Shown piece after piece: positions 1 through 14,204 of a stretch of 64,000 nucleotides of DNA. The notes under the pieces are model-generated. The model saw only the letters and a list, made by a program, of their open reading frames with translations, was not told where the DNA came from and made no database searches. The number at the start of each line of letters is the position of its first letter. Positions within the stretch are counted from its first letter, which is position 1. A program made the position numbers and the translations under genes. Source of the DNA: Octopus bimaculoides (Eukaryota). The DNA lies in contig NC_068991.1 in assembly GCF_001194135.2 (NCBI RefSeq), positions 42,271,523 through 42,335,522 on the forward strand, in the 5' to 3' direction.

Positions 1-77
1 GGTGTTATGACTTACAACCACATTGTATTATTTGTTCCTTTCTTATGGGCCGAACCAGAACAACTGATATATAGTGA

Positions 78-2755
78 ACTGGATTACTGGCATAATGGAT
101 GTTATTGTTTGTTTAAAAGTGAAGGGGGAGGGTACAATTTGCATGAGTCTGCATGGAAGTGCTTTCTGTTCTTAAGAAGGATCACAAACTATGTATTATT
201 TCACCATATAAAAGGGGGTTAATATGATTCTGCCCAGAAATCATGTTTTCAATGTCTGGCAAATATGGTGGGTAAAGCATTATTTCCCATTGAAACTGCT
301 CCAGCCTTATGAATCTCATCCTCGCTGTATGTGGTCAAGCATTATTCTGATAGAAGAACACTTTTCATTTTGAAACCAATGATGGTTGTTTTTCTTTTAG
401 TGCTGACTTGAATGACTGACTGAATGACTAAATCCAAGTTTCTTTGCTAGTTCAACAGTTATGGGATTTTGTTCCACCAGAGTTTGCAGAGCATCTTCAT
501 CAAACTCTACAGATCTTCCAGGATGAGACTCGTCTTCTAGGCTGTAGTTTCCGGCTTGGAATTTCTATAACCAATATTGACACTGGCTTACATTTATTGT
601 CCAATCCCCATATACTGCATAAATATTCCTCGCACTTTCCGTTAATGTTGACCCAGTAGAGGGACCAGCTATCCAAATAGACAGCACCCTGGTAGATAAA
701 GCAATTAAGGGCATGAAACCAGAAAAAGCCCCCGGCCCATCAGGAATCACTGCAGAGATGCTTAAAACATCTGGTGGTGTGGGCTCTGGCCTAGTCACCC
801 ATATTGTAAACCAGGTAGTTCAAGATGGAGTCATACCCAATGACTGTCATAGCAGCACCATAGTCAACTACTACGAGGAAAAAGGTGATGCTTTAGATAG
901 AAATAACTACAGGGGTATCAAACAGCTGGATCAGGTGATGAAGGTCACGGAGAGGGTTATAACCCTTCTCATTAGGGAGAGAGTCTGCTTAGATGAGATG
1001 CAGTTTGGTTTTGTGCCAGGTAGAAGCACTGCTGATGCTATATTCCTGGTATGGCAACTTCAGGAGAAATACCTAGCCAAAGATAAACCCCTATACTTGG
1101 CTTTTATGGACTTGGAGAAAACCTTTGACAGGGTCCCCCAATCCCTTATCTAGTGAGCAATGTGGAAACTGGGGATTGATGAATGGTTAATAAGGGCTGT
1201 ACAGGTCCTATACAGAGATGCCGTTAGTAAGGTTAGAGTTGGCAATGAGTATAGTGAAGAATTCCGGGTAGAAGTAGGGGGTCTACCAAGGATCAGCCCT
1301 CAGCCCCCTCTTATTCATCATAGTCCTCCAGGCAATAACAGAAGAATTCATGACAGGTTGCCCCTGGGAGCTCCTCTATGCTGATAACCTAGCCCTCATA
1401 GCAGAATCACTACCAGAACTAGAGGAGAAATTTCAGGTGTGGAAGCAAAGTTTAGAATTGAAGGGCCTTAGTCAATGTTGCAAAGACCAAAGTTCTGGTA
1501 AGTAGGAAGGCGAACACATCACACACCTCTTCAGGTAGGTGGCCCTGCTTGATCTGTAGAAAAGGTGTAGGTAGAAACTCCATAAGATGTACCCAGTGTA
1601 AGCTATGGACACATAAGTGGTGCAACAACATCAAAGGAAGATAGCTTTCATGTGTGGCAGATGCATAGGGGCAATAAACACCACAGATGCTCAGAAAACT
1701 GATTCCATCAGATGTCAGGGGAAGAAACTAGTAGTTGATAGCTTCTACTACCTAGGTGACCAAGTCTGTAGTGGGGGTGGATGCTCAGAGAGTGTTACCA
1801 CTAGAATAAGAATAGCCTGGGCAAAGTTGAGAAAGCCCCTACTCCTACTGGTGATAAAGGGCCTCTCGCTCAGAGTGAAAGGTAGATTGTACGATGCATG
1901 TGTGCATACTGCCATGCTTCACAGCAGTGAAACATGGGCCATGACTGCTGAAGACATGCGTAGGCTTGAAAGAAATGAAGCTAGCATGATTTCCTGGGTG
2001 TGTCATGTCAGTGTGCACACATGACAGAGTGTAAGCACCCTGAGAGAAATGATGGATATAAGAAGCATCAGAGTGGCATGCAAGAGAGACGTTTGCATTG
2101 GTATGGTCATGTACTATGGATGGATGAGGAGATCTGTGTGAAGAAGTGTCACTCCCAAACAGTGGAAGGAATCCGGGGTAGAGGGATGAGGTGGTAAAGC
2201 ATGACCTTCGAATGTTGGGCCTCACAGAAGCAATGACAAAATATCGAGACCTCTGAAGATATGCTGTGACTGAGAAGACCCGGCAAATAAAGTGAGTTCA
2301 CAGCTGTAACCTACACCAGTGNNNNNNNNNNGCAAATAAAGTGAGTTCACAGCTGTAACCTACACCAGTGTCACATAACCAGCCCACTCAAAAGTACCTT
2401 GGATCGTAGGGTGACATGCCATGCTTGAGGAGACCTACTGAGTCAATTGCAGTTGTGATCCCTGTGCTGGTGGCACGTAAAAGCACCAACTGAACGTGGT
2501 CAATGCCAGCACCACCTTGACTGCCTTCCATGCCGGTGGCACATAAAAAACACCAACCAATCGTGGTTGTTGCCAGCCCTCTCTGGCCCCTGTGCTGGTA
2601 GCGCGTAAAAAGCATCCACTACACTCTTGGAGTGGTTGGCGTTAGGAAGGGCATCCAGCTGAAGAAACACTGCAGGACCCTAGTGCAGCCTACTGGCTTC
2701 CCAGACCCCTGTCAAACCATCCAACCCATGCCAGCATGGAAAACGGACATTAAAC

Positions 2756-2795
<40 letters not shown>

Positions 2796-3014
2796 TTGCC
2801 TTTACTGAACTCATATAGCAAAATATGTTGAATATGTTCCTTTGTCACTTCCACTATAACTTTGAAAAAATAACTGTTAAAATCAAACTGCACTCTTCAA
2901 AACTTGTATTAAGAATAAGGACAAGGTAAAATTACTACCTACTTTTATAACAAGTTGATGCAGGTAGTTTATCCTGTCCCCCTCTGACCACATTACTTAT
3001 GAGATGACCCAGTA
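78..3014 (-). mobile_element. Degenerate mariner (IS630/Tc1/mariner) transposon split by an RTE insertion
   Basis: Minus-strand translation: VEVTKEHIQHILLYEFSKGN (about 2860-2799) resumes after the RTE as TESARNIYAVYG...KFQAGNYSLEDESHPGRSVEFDEDALQTLVEQNP, then LKEKQPSLV...PHTAR...YPPYLPDI (DNAxPH and PYSPD motifs, internally deleted). Weak TIR similarity between about 78-140 and 2955-3014, so the outer ends are approximate. Confidence 0.8.
651..2792 (+). mobile_element. 5'-truncated RTE-clade LINE (RT, PHD-like finger, C-terminus, 3'UTR, (GAT)n tail)
   Basis: [50 protein letters not shown] (YADDL), LHWYGHV.WM; stops and frameshifts; 3'UTR ending in (GAT)n; 6-bp TSD ATGTTG at 645-650 and 2793-2798. 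Confidence 0.92.
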
Positions 3015-3337
3015 TATAAATAGATGATAAGCAGCTTTCTTTATTATAGTAAAGATGTGACTGATTTGGAGAAACATTACTTTCATTATTCACACATCTC
3101 ATAATGCAATACTGTAATTTTGGTTAAAATTGAAAGTATGAAACTATTTTCACTTTCTAATGAAACCTGGTCATTGTAGAGCAGTGTCTTTCAAATAACC
3201 AAAGTTGGTTGTTGAGATAACATAGAAGATATGTAAATGAAATTAAAGTTTATCTGGTAGCCGAATGATTACTGAATTTTTTGATACCCTTTACACCAAA
3301 ATTGGCAGCTCAGTTTTCGAATGCATAAGGAACATGT

Positions 3338-3373
<36 letters not shown>

Positions 3374-4920
3374 GCTCTCTTTTATATACATAGAAAACTC
3401 TCTTTTAAAGATACAGATATATGATATAAAATGCACAGTATATACAATATACAATGTGCAGTACATACAATATAGAAATGCATAGCATACACAATATCTA
3501 TAATACACAGTATATACACAAACTGCAAACATAAATTTATAATTTATTTTGTTATAATGTTTATTACAATGTTCTCCCCCACCTCTCTCTCTCTCTCTCT
3601 CACTCATTGCGTAGGGGTAACCAATGGGAAATTGAAAAAAAACTGAAAATACTTTCTCTTGAAATATTAGAATCCTTAGCTGATAAAACAAGAAGAAAAA
3701 CTTCATACCAAAGTCACTCAACTCCATCTGAACACTTTCCAAAATGTTACAATCTCGCAACTTTCTAATAGCCATAAATTAATGTTAATCCCAATTATTG
3801 CCATTTTCATGCATGTTTTTCCTTGCTTATACATGATGGCTATTTCCATGCATCATGATGAGGAGTCACTTCCTCTTTAAAACCTCTAATGTTCATAGAT
3901 TTCACATTACATCTTCCAAAAATCTTTTTGAATAACTCAAGAAGGAACACCATCTGTCAGCAATCCCACCAACATTTTATATCACACAACTCTGCTAAAA
4001 CCACATAAGCATCTCTCCTGTATACAATAACTAACATTCAGTTAACGTTTTTTTTTTTAACATGCATGCATTCAGTCTTCTTTCTATGTTAATGCTCCAC
4101 ATTTCACAGAAACATATTCAATTCCTTTACTTCCAGTTGCTATAAAATCATTGCATTCAGTGTTCATCATCATAAGTTCTTTCTGCTATAAGCACAAGGC
4201 CTTAAATTTTGTGTGAAGGGTTAAGTTGAATTCATCGACCCCAGTACTTGACTAGTATTTATTTTATCAACCCCAAAAGGATGAAAGGTAAAGTCAAGCT
4301 CAATGGCATTTGAACTCAAAACGTAAAGAGCCAGAAGAAATGCTGCTGAATTCAACTTAACCCTTCACACAGTAATGCAGTAATGATTCTGCTAGCTCTC
4401 CACATAATGATAATTGTAATTGTTGTTGTTGACATCTGTACAGATTTAGAAAACACAAGCTAAGGAAGGATTCTCTTATTGTAGATTACTTGACCTACTA
4501 GAAATAACACCCAAATATACCTCAAAGTACACTTTGTCACCTTAAAAAATGATGCATTGAAAAATGTAGCCCAGATTACACAAATCTTAAAAAAAAAAAT
4601 TGAAGGGCCCTAAAAACTAAGAAATAAGGTGCTACTTATATACAGGACAGGTTATGCATGAAATAAAAGATTTTACTAACTTTCTATCTGAGACTGTAAT
4701 AATTGGGTTGATGACTGCAGCAATATTTTTTGCAGCTTTATTTCATTTTAAAGGGCTTTTATTTTACAGTTCAGTAGTGATGTGAGAAGTGGGGAGTCTT
4801 TCAAGGGTCTACATTTTGGGGTCTTTATTTTAAGGTCTTTATTTTAAGGTCGTTTCAGGCTTATTTTGTTTTAAGATATATATTTGTTTTGCAAGATTTT
4901 TGATGTGAAATCGTGTGTTG

Positions 4921-5156
4921 AAACAGATGTTGTTGTACTTGGGGATGGTCATATTGCCAGTTTAGCCAATAAAAACACACGCACTGTATATTTGGTATTA
5001 ATTTGCTTCAGCTTTATATTACATTACATTACATTAATCCTATAAATGTAATGTAATGTAATATAAAGCTGAAGCAAATTAACACCAAATATACAGTGCG
5101 TGTGTTTTTATTGGCTAAACTGGCAATATGACCATCCCCAAGTACAACATTTGTTT
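4921..5156. repeat. Near-perfect fold-back inverted repeat, about 105-bp arms, 9-nt loop
   Basis: 4931-5035 is the reverse complement of 5045-5149 with one mismatch; loop AATCCTATA. Confidence 0.9.
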
Positions 5157-6789
5157 TAAGAATTATTATTTTACAGTTTTGTAAAATATCCATTTTTCCT
5201 TTTCATATTTTAGGCTTTCGGTTATTTCCCACATGATGTTTTTTTTTATCACACACACACACACACATTTTGTATTAATTCTCCATCATAAATTGCAATT
5301 TGTTTTTGTTCTGAATCATTAAACAATCCACATCACAACACTGGAAGTGTCAAGGTAACCATCTAAAACACACATATACTGTTATATTGACTTTAGCTGT
5401 ATTTTCATTAGTTTCCAATACAACCATTAGTATACAATACTATCATACTGCATGCATCCTGGTTTTGTTTTTTTGAACAGGATTAATGTCAAGAAAGTCA
5501 TTCTGCCATAAAACACAGCCTCAAAAAATTCTATCCAACATATTGATTTCAAATTTTGGCAAAAGGCCAGCAATTTCAGAAGAGGAAGTAAGTTGATTAT
5601 ATCAACCCCAGAATTTAACTGGTACTTATTTTATCTATCCTGAAAGGATGAAAGGCGAAGTTGACCTCAGTGGAATTTGAACTCAGAACACGAAGACACA
5701 AAATGTCACTAAGCATTTCAACTGGCGTGCTAATGGCTCGGCTAATTAGCTGCCTTAGTTCTGTGGTTTTGCTAATTTGTTTTAGGAGCCAATGTAATTG
5801 TGAGCAGACATAGACATCCTCTTAACTCTCCCCACTCTTGACCCAGCGGAACACTGAGGATATGACAGCTGGCAGAGGAGGGAGAGTTGCACCAGCACTT
5901 TGTTGGTATCTATTTCCATCTGAGTAGATTGGAGCAACATGAAATGAGAGAAGTGTCTTGTTCAAGGACATACTGCATCAGCCTGTCCCGGAGTCAACAT
6001 AGAAAAAAAAGGATAAAGATGATTGTACATTTTAATGAGTTAAAAAAGTTTAGCTGTAAATTTATAACCAGGTCACTGATATTGTTTCACTGTATCTATC
6101 AGAAGCCAGCTAATAGCAAGTTTTGATAGGTGGTGGTGTAGAGAGGGGGGAAATCTGTTTGCTTTTTTTTTATTTTGTTTCATTTTTAATCTTATTTTTG
6201 CACTTGTTGCAAATAACATTTTGATACGATGTCATAGCAATAAAATAATAATTGACAAATACTATAATGTTCTAAAGTAAGAGAATTGCTTGTTTATCAT
6301 TGTTACTGATAGCAGTAGTAGCAGCAGTGATGATGGTGGTGGTGGTGGTGGTGTTGGCGGTGGCGGTGGTAGGATTACAGGATTTTGAGTTGTGTGGTTG
6401 TTGGTTAGGATTTTTGAGTTAACTGGAGAAAAAACAGCATCAGGAAAATATAAAATACAGAAATGAGAGAAGTGTCCTTGTAATATTATATAGCAAGGAT
6501 TATGACAGTTGTTACAACAATGAGTGGCTGAAATGGGATACCTCTGAAGGTTCACTGGAGTAATGTTACATGATAGCATGGACAACAGACATTAAATGAT
6601 GATGATGATAGGGTGCATAACTCATATATTAGAGTGTTTCTCTGGTCAAACCATTACTTCACTGCACTGAAAGGCCACAGTTCTAATACTACAGACATGG
6701 TGATTGGTCCATTATATAAAATAAATAAAATAGAATACCTGGATATATATATATATATAGTCAGAACTAATATAATGATTAATACTCAC

Positions 6790-6848
6790 GGGTGTTTACT
6801 GAGTAAAAGAAATTCTACTGCAAGCTGTAGTCCAAATGAAGTGACAGC
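6790..6848 (-). CDS. GDPGP1: GDPGP1 coding exon 5 ([20 protein letters not shown])
   Basis: 59 nt; acceptor ttttacag, donor CC|gtgagt (phase 2); matches the segment preceding GFRVGFNS in GDPGP1. Confidence 0.88.
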
Positions 6849-9800
6849 CTGTAAAATAATATATACAGTCTTATAGTTTGTATTTTCAGTTTGACAAATA
6901 TTGCACAGTTTGCTTTATAAATCACTCAATCCTGTTGTAGTAAATTTTATTTGTTTTCAAATTTTGGCACAAGGCCAGCAATTTCACAGTGGGGTAAGTT
7001 GGTTACATCAACTCCAGTGTTCAACTGGTACTTATTTTATCAACCCCAAAAGGATGAAAGGCAAGTCTACTCCAGTGGCATTTGAACTCAGAACAGACGG
7101 ACAAGTAATGTATGGCCGGCAAGTAACGTATTTCTCTGCAATGTATGGATAATTTATTCTGATCACGCTATTTATAGCATTATCATGCATTTGTGAAATG
7201 AATTTATTTCTATATCTAACAATACATCTCAACGCTTCTAAAAACAAACTTTGTTTACTTTCATCATAAAATAATATGAAATGCTCATAGGCATGAGGTT
7301 TTGGGTTCTATCCCTCCACATGACATCACAAGGAAATATCATTTTCTATAGCCTCATGTCAACCTGAGTGAAATTCTATAGATGGAAACTGAAAAAAAGC
7401 TTGTCAGATGAATTGTGCTTGTAATTCAAAAGGTACTGCTTTGTCACACACACTACACCATGCTGATTCTGCCTTAGAATTACATTAAGGGCAGAGGAGT
7501 TTGTAGAATGCTCAGAAACTTAAAAGTTATTTCAGAAGCAGGTAATGCTGTTGTCCAAACAACTGAATCATCATCATCATCATCATCATCATTATCATCA
7601 TCAACCGATATAGATCCACCAATATGAAGTGCTATGTAACATGATAACCAATATTTGACAAATATATCTGGGGCTATCACACCAATATTTTTCAACAAAA
7701 ATGCTAAAAAATGTTTTAAGCCTTTAAATAAGTTTCAAGCAGCAAATATACCTTCACATACTAAACTTTTTCATGTTATATTTTCCGTTCTCCTTTTCTT
7801 TTTAAATCTTTAAACCATATTTTATAATAGGGTACTTCAGCCATCTCGGTATTTAATAAGGATGGCATCATCATCACAATTTCAATATTTGCTTTGTTAT
7901 GCTAGTCAGATTCCTAAATCTTCTAATCATGGAATTTTCCATCATCCATTCACACCAGTTTTTAACCCTTCAGCATTCAGATTACTCTGTCAAGTGTAAC
8001 GTTTATATATTCACATTATTTTGAATTTCACATACTTTGTTTCATAGCTTTGAGATTTTGAAGATGTGATTCCTTATTTTTAGAATGACATTGTAGTAGA
8101 GGTATGAAAGGCTGGATCTGGCCAGTTTGAATATAAAACGGGAAAAATATTTGGACTGGATATGATCGGTTTCAATGCTAAGGGGTTAATCCAGTAGGTA
8201 TCACCTATCTGCATGAGATGTCCAGAACAGTTGTCTCTCCTATATTCACATCAAACAAGACAAGATCCACTGTCTTAAAAAAAAATGTAATCTTGGATAT
8301 GCATAAAAAGAAAGGGTAATCACAGCTGGAATGTCCACCTAGTCTCCTACTAACTGTCTCTTTCCCTGTCTCACCATCCTCTCTCCACTGCCTCTCCATT
8401 TGGAATGCTTGCACAGCATTCCCATTCCTGTTCTCCCCTCTTCCACCTATTTCTATGGTGCCTTCCAGCCTCTCTTTCCTTCATTGCTCTCACTGCACTC
8501 AGTCACTGCTCCCCAACTCATTTTCTCTCATTACCCTCTCCCTACAATTCTTCCGGCTCCTCAACATCCCTCAGTATCTTCCCCTCCCCATCTGGCTTAT
8601 ACCCAGACCCTCCTAACGTTTCTTTCCTGCAAGGATTCTTTCAGAATTCCTCTCCACCCTAGTCTACTGCTCCCTTTCTGTCCCCTCTCCCTCATACCTT
8701 CCATCCGTATTTGCTCTTATAAAGTAGGATAGCCCTAGACATCTCCTGCATAACCAACCCAATTACTTTTCTACTCTGTCCTCCCACTTTTCTCAATAAC
8801 TCCCCTGACAAATCTCTTCCCTTTTCTCTGTTCTCTACCACATTCCCTGCTGCCACTAATTAGTGCCTACTCTACTATTTTCATACTCTCTCCTTTACTA
8901 ATTCTATCAAAAATATAAATTCATTCCTCTCATCATCATGCCTTCTCTATCTTTCTTCGATTCTCCATTAGTCATCTTCACTAACACTGTAGTCAAAAAG
9001 AGCACTCAGTACACTCTATAAGGTGGTAAGCATTAGGAAGGGCATCCAACTGTAGAAACCATGCCAAAACAGATACAAGAGCATGATGAAGTCCTCCAGT
9101 TCATTAGAACCTGTTGAAACATTCAACCCATGACAGTATAGAAGACAGACATTAAATGATGATGATGATGACGATGCCCAAGATGCTCAATATTTTCCCT
9201 ATATCTCAGAATTTCTCCTCTCAAAAACAAGTATTGATTTATCTCACCTGTGGAAGACATTTATTTATTTCAGGTACAATTAAACAATGACCAAACTCCA
9301 AAGGACTCACATTGATGATAATTTTATTTTGCAACTACAAAAAAAGAAAAAAAGGGAAAATCAAAATTAGTACATCTAAAATGACGAGAGCGGTCAATTA
9401 AAATTCATAATCACCATGTGAATTAAATCATTGCTTCACAATTATATTCAACTTGGCAATCATATTCATCAACTTGAAGCAACAAATAGAATAGAATAGT
9501 TTTCTACTGCTCTTCATCATGTGCTCATGCAAAGTAGTTTTGTCATTTATCTCCTCTTCCCTCCAGAACCACTGCTATTTTATATCACTTTCTCCCAAAT
9601 TCATATATAACCATTAATCACACCTCCACCCCCATCAGTCACTCTCCTCTCACGTTCTTACAAACTTATCCAGCTGCCCATCTCTACCTTCTGACATCTT
9701 ATTTCCATCAGCATGTCTCTCTTTTCAGCTATTCCCACTCACATTATTATAATGCTGGGTAGCCATGTATCTCCTTGACAGCAAGATACCTGTTCCTGTC

Positions 9801-10058
9801 CTGCTGTCATAGTTTGCTTCTCAACATATGTCATATGGTACCTTCCTCTCTACGACCCTCCAAAGGTATTTATTTGTTTTGTGAGTAACTTGGCAACCTA
9901 AATAGTGCTAGTGCCACAAAAAAACCCACCCAACACACTCTGTAAAGTGGTTGGTGTTAGGAAGGGCATCCAACCATACAGAACTCTGCCGCAGTCCACA
10001 AGCTCATTGGATTCTGGTAAACCATCTTACCCATGCCAGCATGGAAGGCAGATGTTAA

Positions 10059-10092
<34 letters not shown>

Positions 10093-10994
10093 GGAGGAGG
10101 AGGAGGAGGAGGAGATGTAGTCCTCCTGCTGTCTACAGCAACAAAAACATACCTTTATAAGAAAGATATTTTCAGCCAGATGGACTGAGCCGTTGAAATT
10201 TAAGTGTCTATCAGGGTTACATTAAGTACCAATAGCAGATGAACTATTGACACTTCCACACGAAAATCATTGCAGTTAATTCATAATCCTTAACATGTTA
10301 ACTGACACATGTACCACTGGTGGTTCACCATAAACTTCACCATATGCCACATGCAGTGATATATTTCCATAATTTGAGAAAATATTATACTCTGTATCTT
10401 TGACATGGTTTCAAGGATGTTTAAATATTGATTTCAAATTTTGGCACAAGGCCAGCAATTTCAGGCAAGAGATATGTCAATTATATCAACCCCAGTGTTC
10501 AAATTGGTACTTAATTTAACAATCCCGAAAGGATGAAAAGCAAAGTAGAGCTTGGCAGAATTTGAACACAGAATGTAAACATGGATGAAATGCCACTCAG
10601 CATTTTGTCCAGATTCTGCCAACTCGCTGCCTTTACGAGTGCTAAATAGTAAAACATAATTATGAAATATTGTTAGAAAGTAAAAAAAATTACATTTCCT
10701 TGTAATTAAACAGTATGTAGTTTGACCAAGAATACATGGCATCACCAGTAACAGCTGAGGTGGTTAACATGTTAAGGATCATTTCAGAAAATCATACAAA
10801 ATATAAACTATCACAAAATTTAATTAAATGCCTGGAAACATCTCAATTTATTTCAATCTTCCTAGGAAAGATTTTTTATGTACAGTAAAATTTTTCAGAG
10901 TGTAGCTAAAATATGGTTACATATATTGAATAAGATACAATCATAACCTTGCTTAGTTCTGATATAAAGTGCATCTTCTTCCTGTTATTTCTTC

Positions 10995-11038
<44 letters not shown>

Positions 11039-14000
11039 TTTATCCTCTATTTGTTTCAGTCATTAGACTACAGCCATACTGGGGCACCACCTTGAAGAGT
11101 TTCTAGTTGAACAATTTGACCCCAGTACTGTTTTTTCCTTAAAGCCTGGTACTTATTCTATCTGTCTCTTTCACTGAACTGCTAAGTTACAGGGCATAAA
11201 CTAACCAACACTAGTTGTCAAGCGGTGGTGCAGAACAAATATGGACACACACACACACACACACACACACGCATATATGTGACAGGCTTTTTTCAGTTTC
11301 CATCTACCAAATCCACAAGGCTTTGGTTGGCCAAAGGTTATAGTAGAAGACACTTTCCCAAAGTGCCACACAGTGAGACCGAACCAAGAACTATATGGCT
11401 GGGAAGCAAGCTTCGTAGTACATAGCCATGCCTGAGCCTATATATATATANNNNNNNNNNNNNNNNNNNNNNNNNNNNNNNNNNNNNNNNNNNNNNNNNN
11501 NNNNNNNNNNNNNNNNNNNNNNNNNNNNNNNNNNNNNNNNNNNTATATGTATATATATATGAATATATGTAATACTATATTAATATGTGTGTGTGTGTTT
11601 GTGTTTGTCCACCACCACTGCTTGACAAGTGGTGTTGGTTTGTTTGCATTTCCATAACTTAGCAGTTCATCAAAAGAGACAAACAGAAAAAGGACTAGGC
11701 TTACAAAAATAAGTATTGGGGATGATTTGTTTGACTCAACCTTCATGGTGGTGCCCTAGCATGGTTGCAATCCATTGACTGAAACAAGTAAAAGAGAAAA
11801 GAGAAAATCAAATCTATACCAACAATTAACATCATTATCATCACCATCATCAACGTTTTCGTGTGTGTATTTCTGCAATAGTTCACATAACCATGTGTCA
11901 CCAACATTTCCAACAATGGATAGAAATGCTTAATTGTATAGAAAAAGAAAAGAAAATCAGTCATCAGGTGCTAGCTATACCCATAGCATGCAGCCAATTG
12001 TCATCATCATAAGCATCAACATTTAACATCTGTTTTCCATGCTAGCATGGATTGGATGGCTTGACAGGGACAGGTAAGGCCAGGGAACACACAAGATTCC
12101 ATAGTCGGTTTTGGCTTGGATGCCCTTCCTAATACCAACCACTTTACAGAGTGTATTGGGTACTTTTTATGTGGCGCCATCATCAATGCTTTTTATGTGG
12201 AATCAATACCAGTGCTTTTTTATGTGGCACCAGCACCCACACCAATGCATTTTATGTGGCACCTTGGTTTTAGGATCTCAATTCTGTTACGGTGGATGGA
12301 TTTTCTTGAGTACAGCAATGTGGCACATATCTCAGTCCTCTATCATCTCCTTTGTAACGTTCAGCGTTTTGAGATTAGCCTTCAAAACTTCGTCCCATGT
12401 CATTCAGGGTCTCCCTCTTACACAACTTCCCTCCACTTTAAGTGATTGGCTGTTAAATATATTACAGACCTCTACAAGGATCCATAATACCACTTTTTCA
12501 GCATACAAGTTGAATTTTTTTTAGACTAAAATTTACAACCAAGTAAGGTAGATCAACACCAAGATGACTTTGGAGGACCATGTGAAATACAGCAAGATTT
12601 GAAAAGATAGTAACAATGTTCAAATGCTTACACTACATATTTACACTATATACTACATGTTTAAACTATCATCATCATCGTCATTGTTTAATGCCTGCAT
12701 TCCATGCTGGCATGAGTTGGATGGTTTGACAGAAGCTGGCCAGGCAGGAACCTGCACCAGACTTCGGTGTCTGTTCTGACACAGTTTTTACAGCTGGATG
12801 CCCTTCCTAAAACCAACCACCCAGTAGAGTAGACAGAGTACTTTTTACATGGCACAAGCATAGGCGAGGTCAATTTTAGCATGGATTTTACAGCTGGATG
12901 CCTTTCCAAATGCCAACCACTTTACAGTGTGGACTGGATTGGAAAATACAGTATTTGTTAATGCAAAAGCGACAATGTCTGAAATTTTGTCTAATAATAA
13001 AACCAATGTTATAATTTGTATATGTGAATGCACAGACAAGTAGGCATACATGTATGTGCAACATGCAATTTCAAAGAAAGAAATAAAAATATTGTCGTTT
13101 CTTACCTTATCGTGTGGATCATGATTCATCCAGTGCAAACCAACTGGTAACAGTAATACTTCTTTTTCATGAATCTTATTGAAGTTGAAAGAATTTGGAT
13201 CAAATTCCTGATTGACACTTTGAATATGTTGAGGTTTTCTTCTCTCAATAAACCTGAGAGGATTTAACTTGTTAAATAAAAAACAAATTATGATTACATT
13301 AAATATGTAAACTTGATAACATGAACACAAACAATACACTGCTACTATTAACAATAACAATAAAAATCCTTTCTACTAAAGGCTCAAAGCCTGAAATTTT
13401 GGGCGGGGAGACTAGTTGATTACATCGACCCCAGTATTTCACTGGTACTTAATTTATTAACTCTGGAAGATTAAAAAGCAAAGTCAGCCTCAGCAGAATT
13501 TGAACTCAGAATGTAAACACAGACAAAATGCTGCTAAGCATTTTGCCCAGCAGGTAACAATTCTGCCAGTTCACCACCATAATAATAATAATAATAATAA
13601 TCCTTTCTGCTAAAGGCACAAGGCCTGGAATTTTGGTGGAAGGGACAAATCAATTACATTGACCCCAGTATTCAACTGGTACTTAATTTATTGACCCAGA
13701 AAGGATGAAAGGCAAAGTTGACCTTGGTGGGTTTTGAACTCAGAACATAAAGAAAAACAAAATACCGCTAAGCATTTTGCCTGGTGTGCTAATGATTTTG
13801 CCAGCTTGCCACCTTAATAATAATCTTTTCTACTAAAGGTACAGGGCCTGAAATTTTTGGGGAGGGGACTAGTCAATTACATCGACCTCAGTATATCACT
13901 GGTACTTAATTTATTGACCCTGAAAGGATGAAAGGCAAAGCTGACCTCGGCGGAATCTGAACTCAGAATGTAGCAATGGGTGAAATACCATCCAGAATGC

Positions 14001-14164
14001 TAACAATAATAATAATAATAGATGATAGTAATAATAATAATCCTTTCTACTAAAACCACAAGCCTGAAATTTTGGGGAAGGGGATTAGTTAATTGCACCA
14101 ACCCTAGTGCTCAACTGGTACTAATTTCATCAACCCGCCTTCTCCTCCTCACTACTGCCGCCAC

Positions 14165-14204
<40 letters not shown>

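Noticed and set aside
16-63. Minus-strand AG...GTAAGT-bounded 48-nt segment as the next GDPGP1 exon
   Set aside because: Translates to CSGSAHKKGTNNTMW rather than the expected GFRxGFNS.
2283-2370. 39-bp direct repeat on both sides of a 10-N gap
   Set aside because: Typical unmerged contig overlap; treated as an assembly artefact.
8205-8272. Minus-strand ORF end [22 protein letters not shown] with acceptor-like start
   Set aside because: No similarity to GDPGP1; exons 4 and 5 join directly in phase.
10153-10207. Minus-strand exon-like segment [18 protein letters not shown] with AAG|gtatgt donor
   Set aside because: 55 nt would shift the frame between two phase-0 GDPGP1 exons that already join with the right spacing; in-frame TAA upstream.
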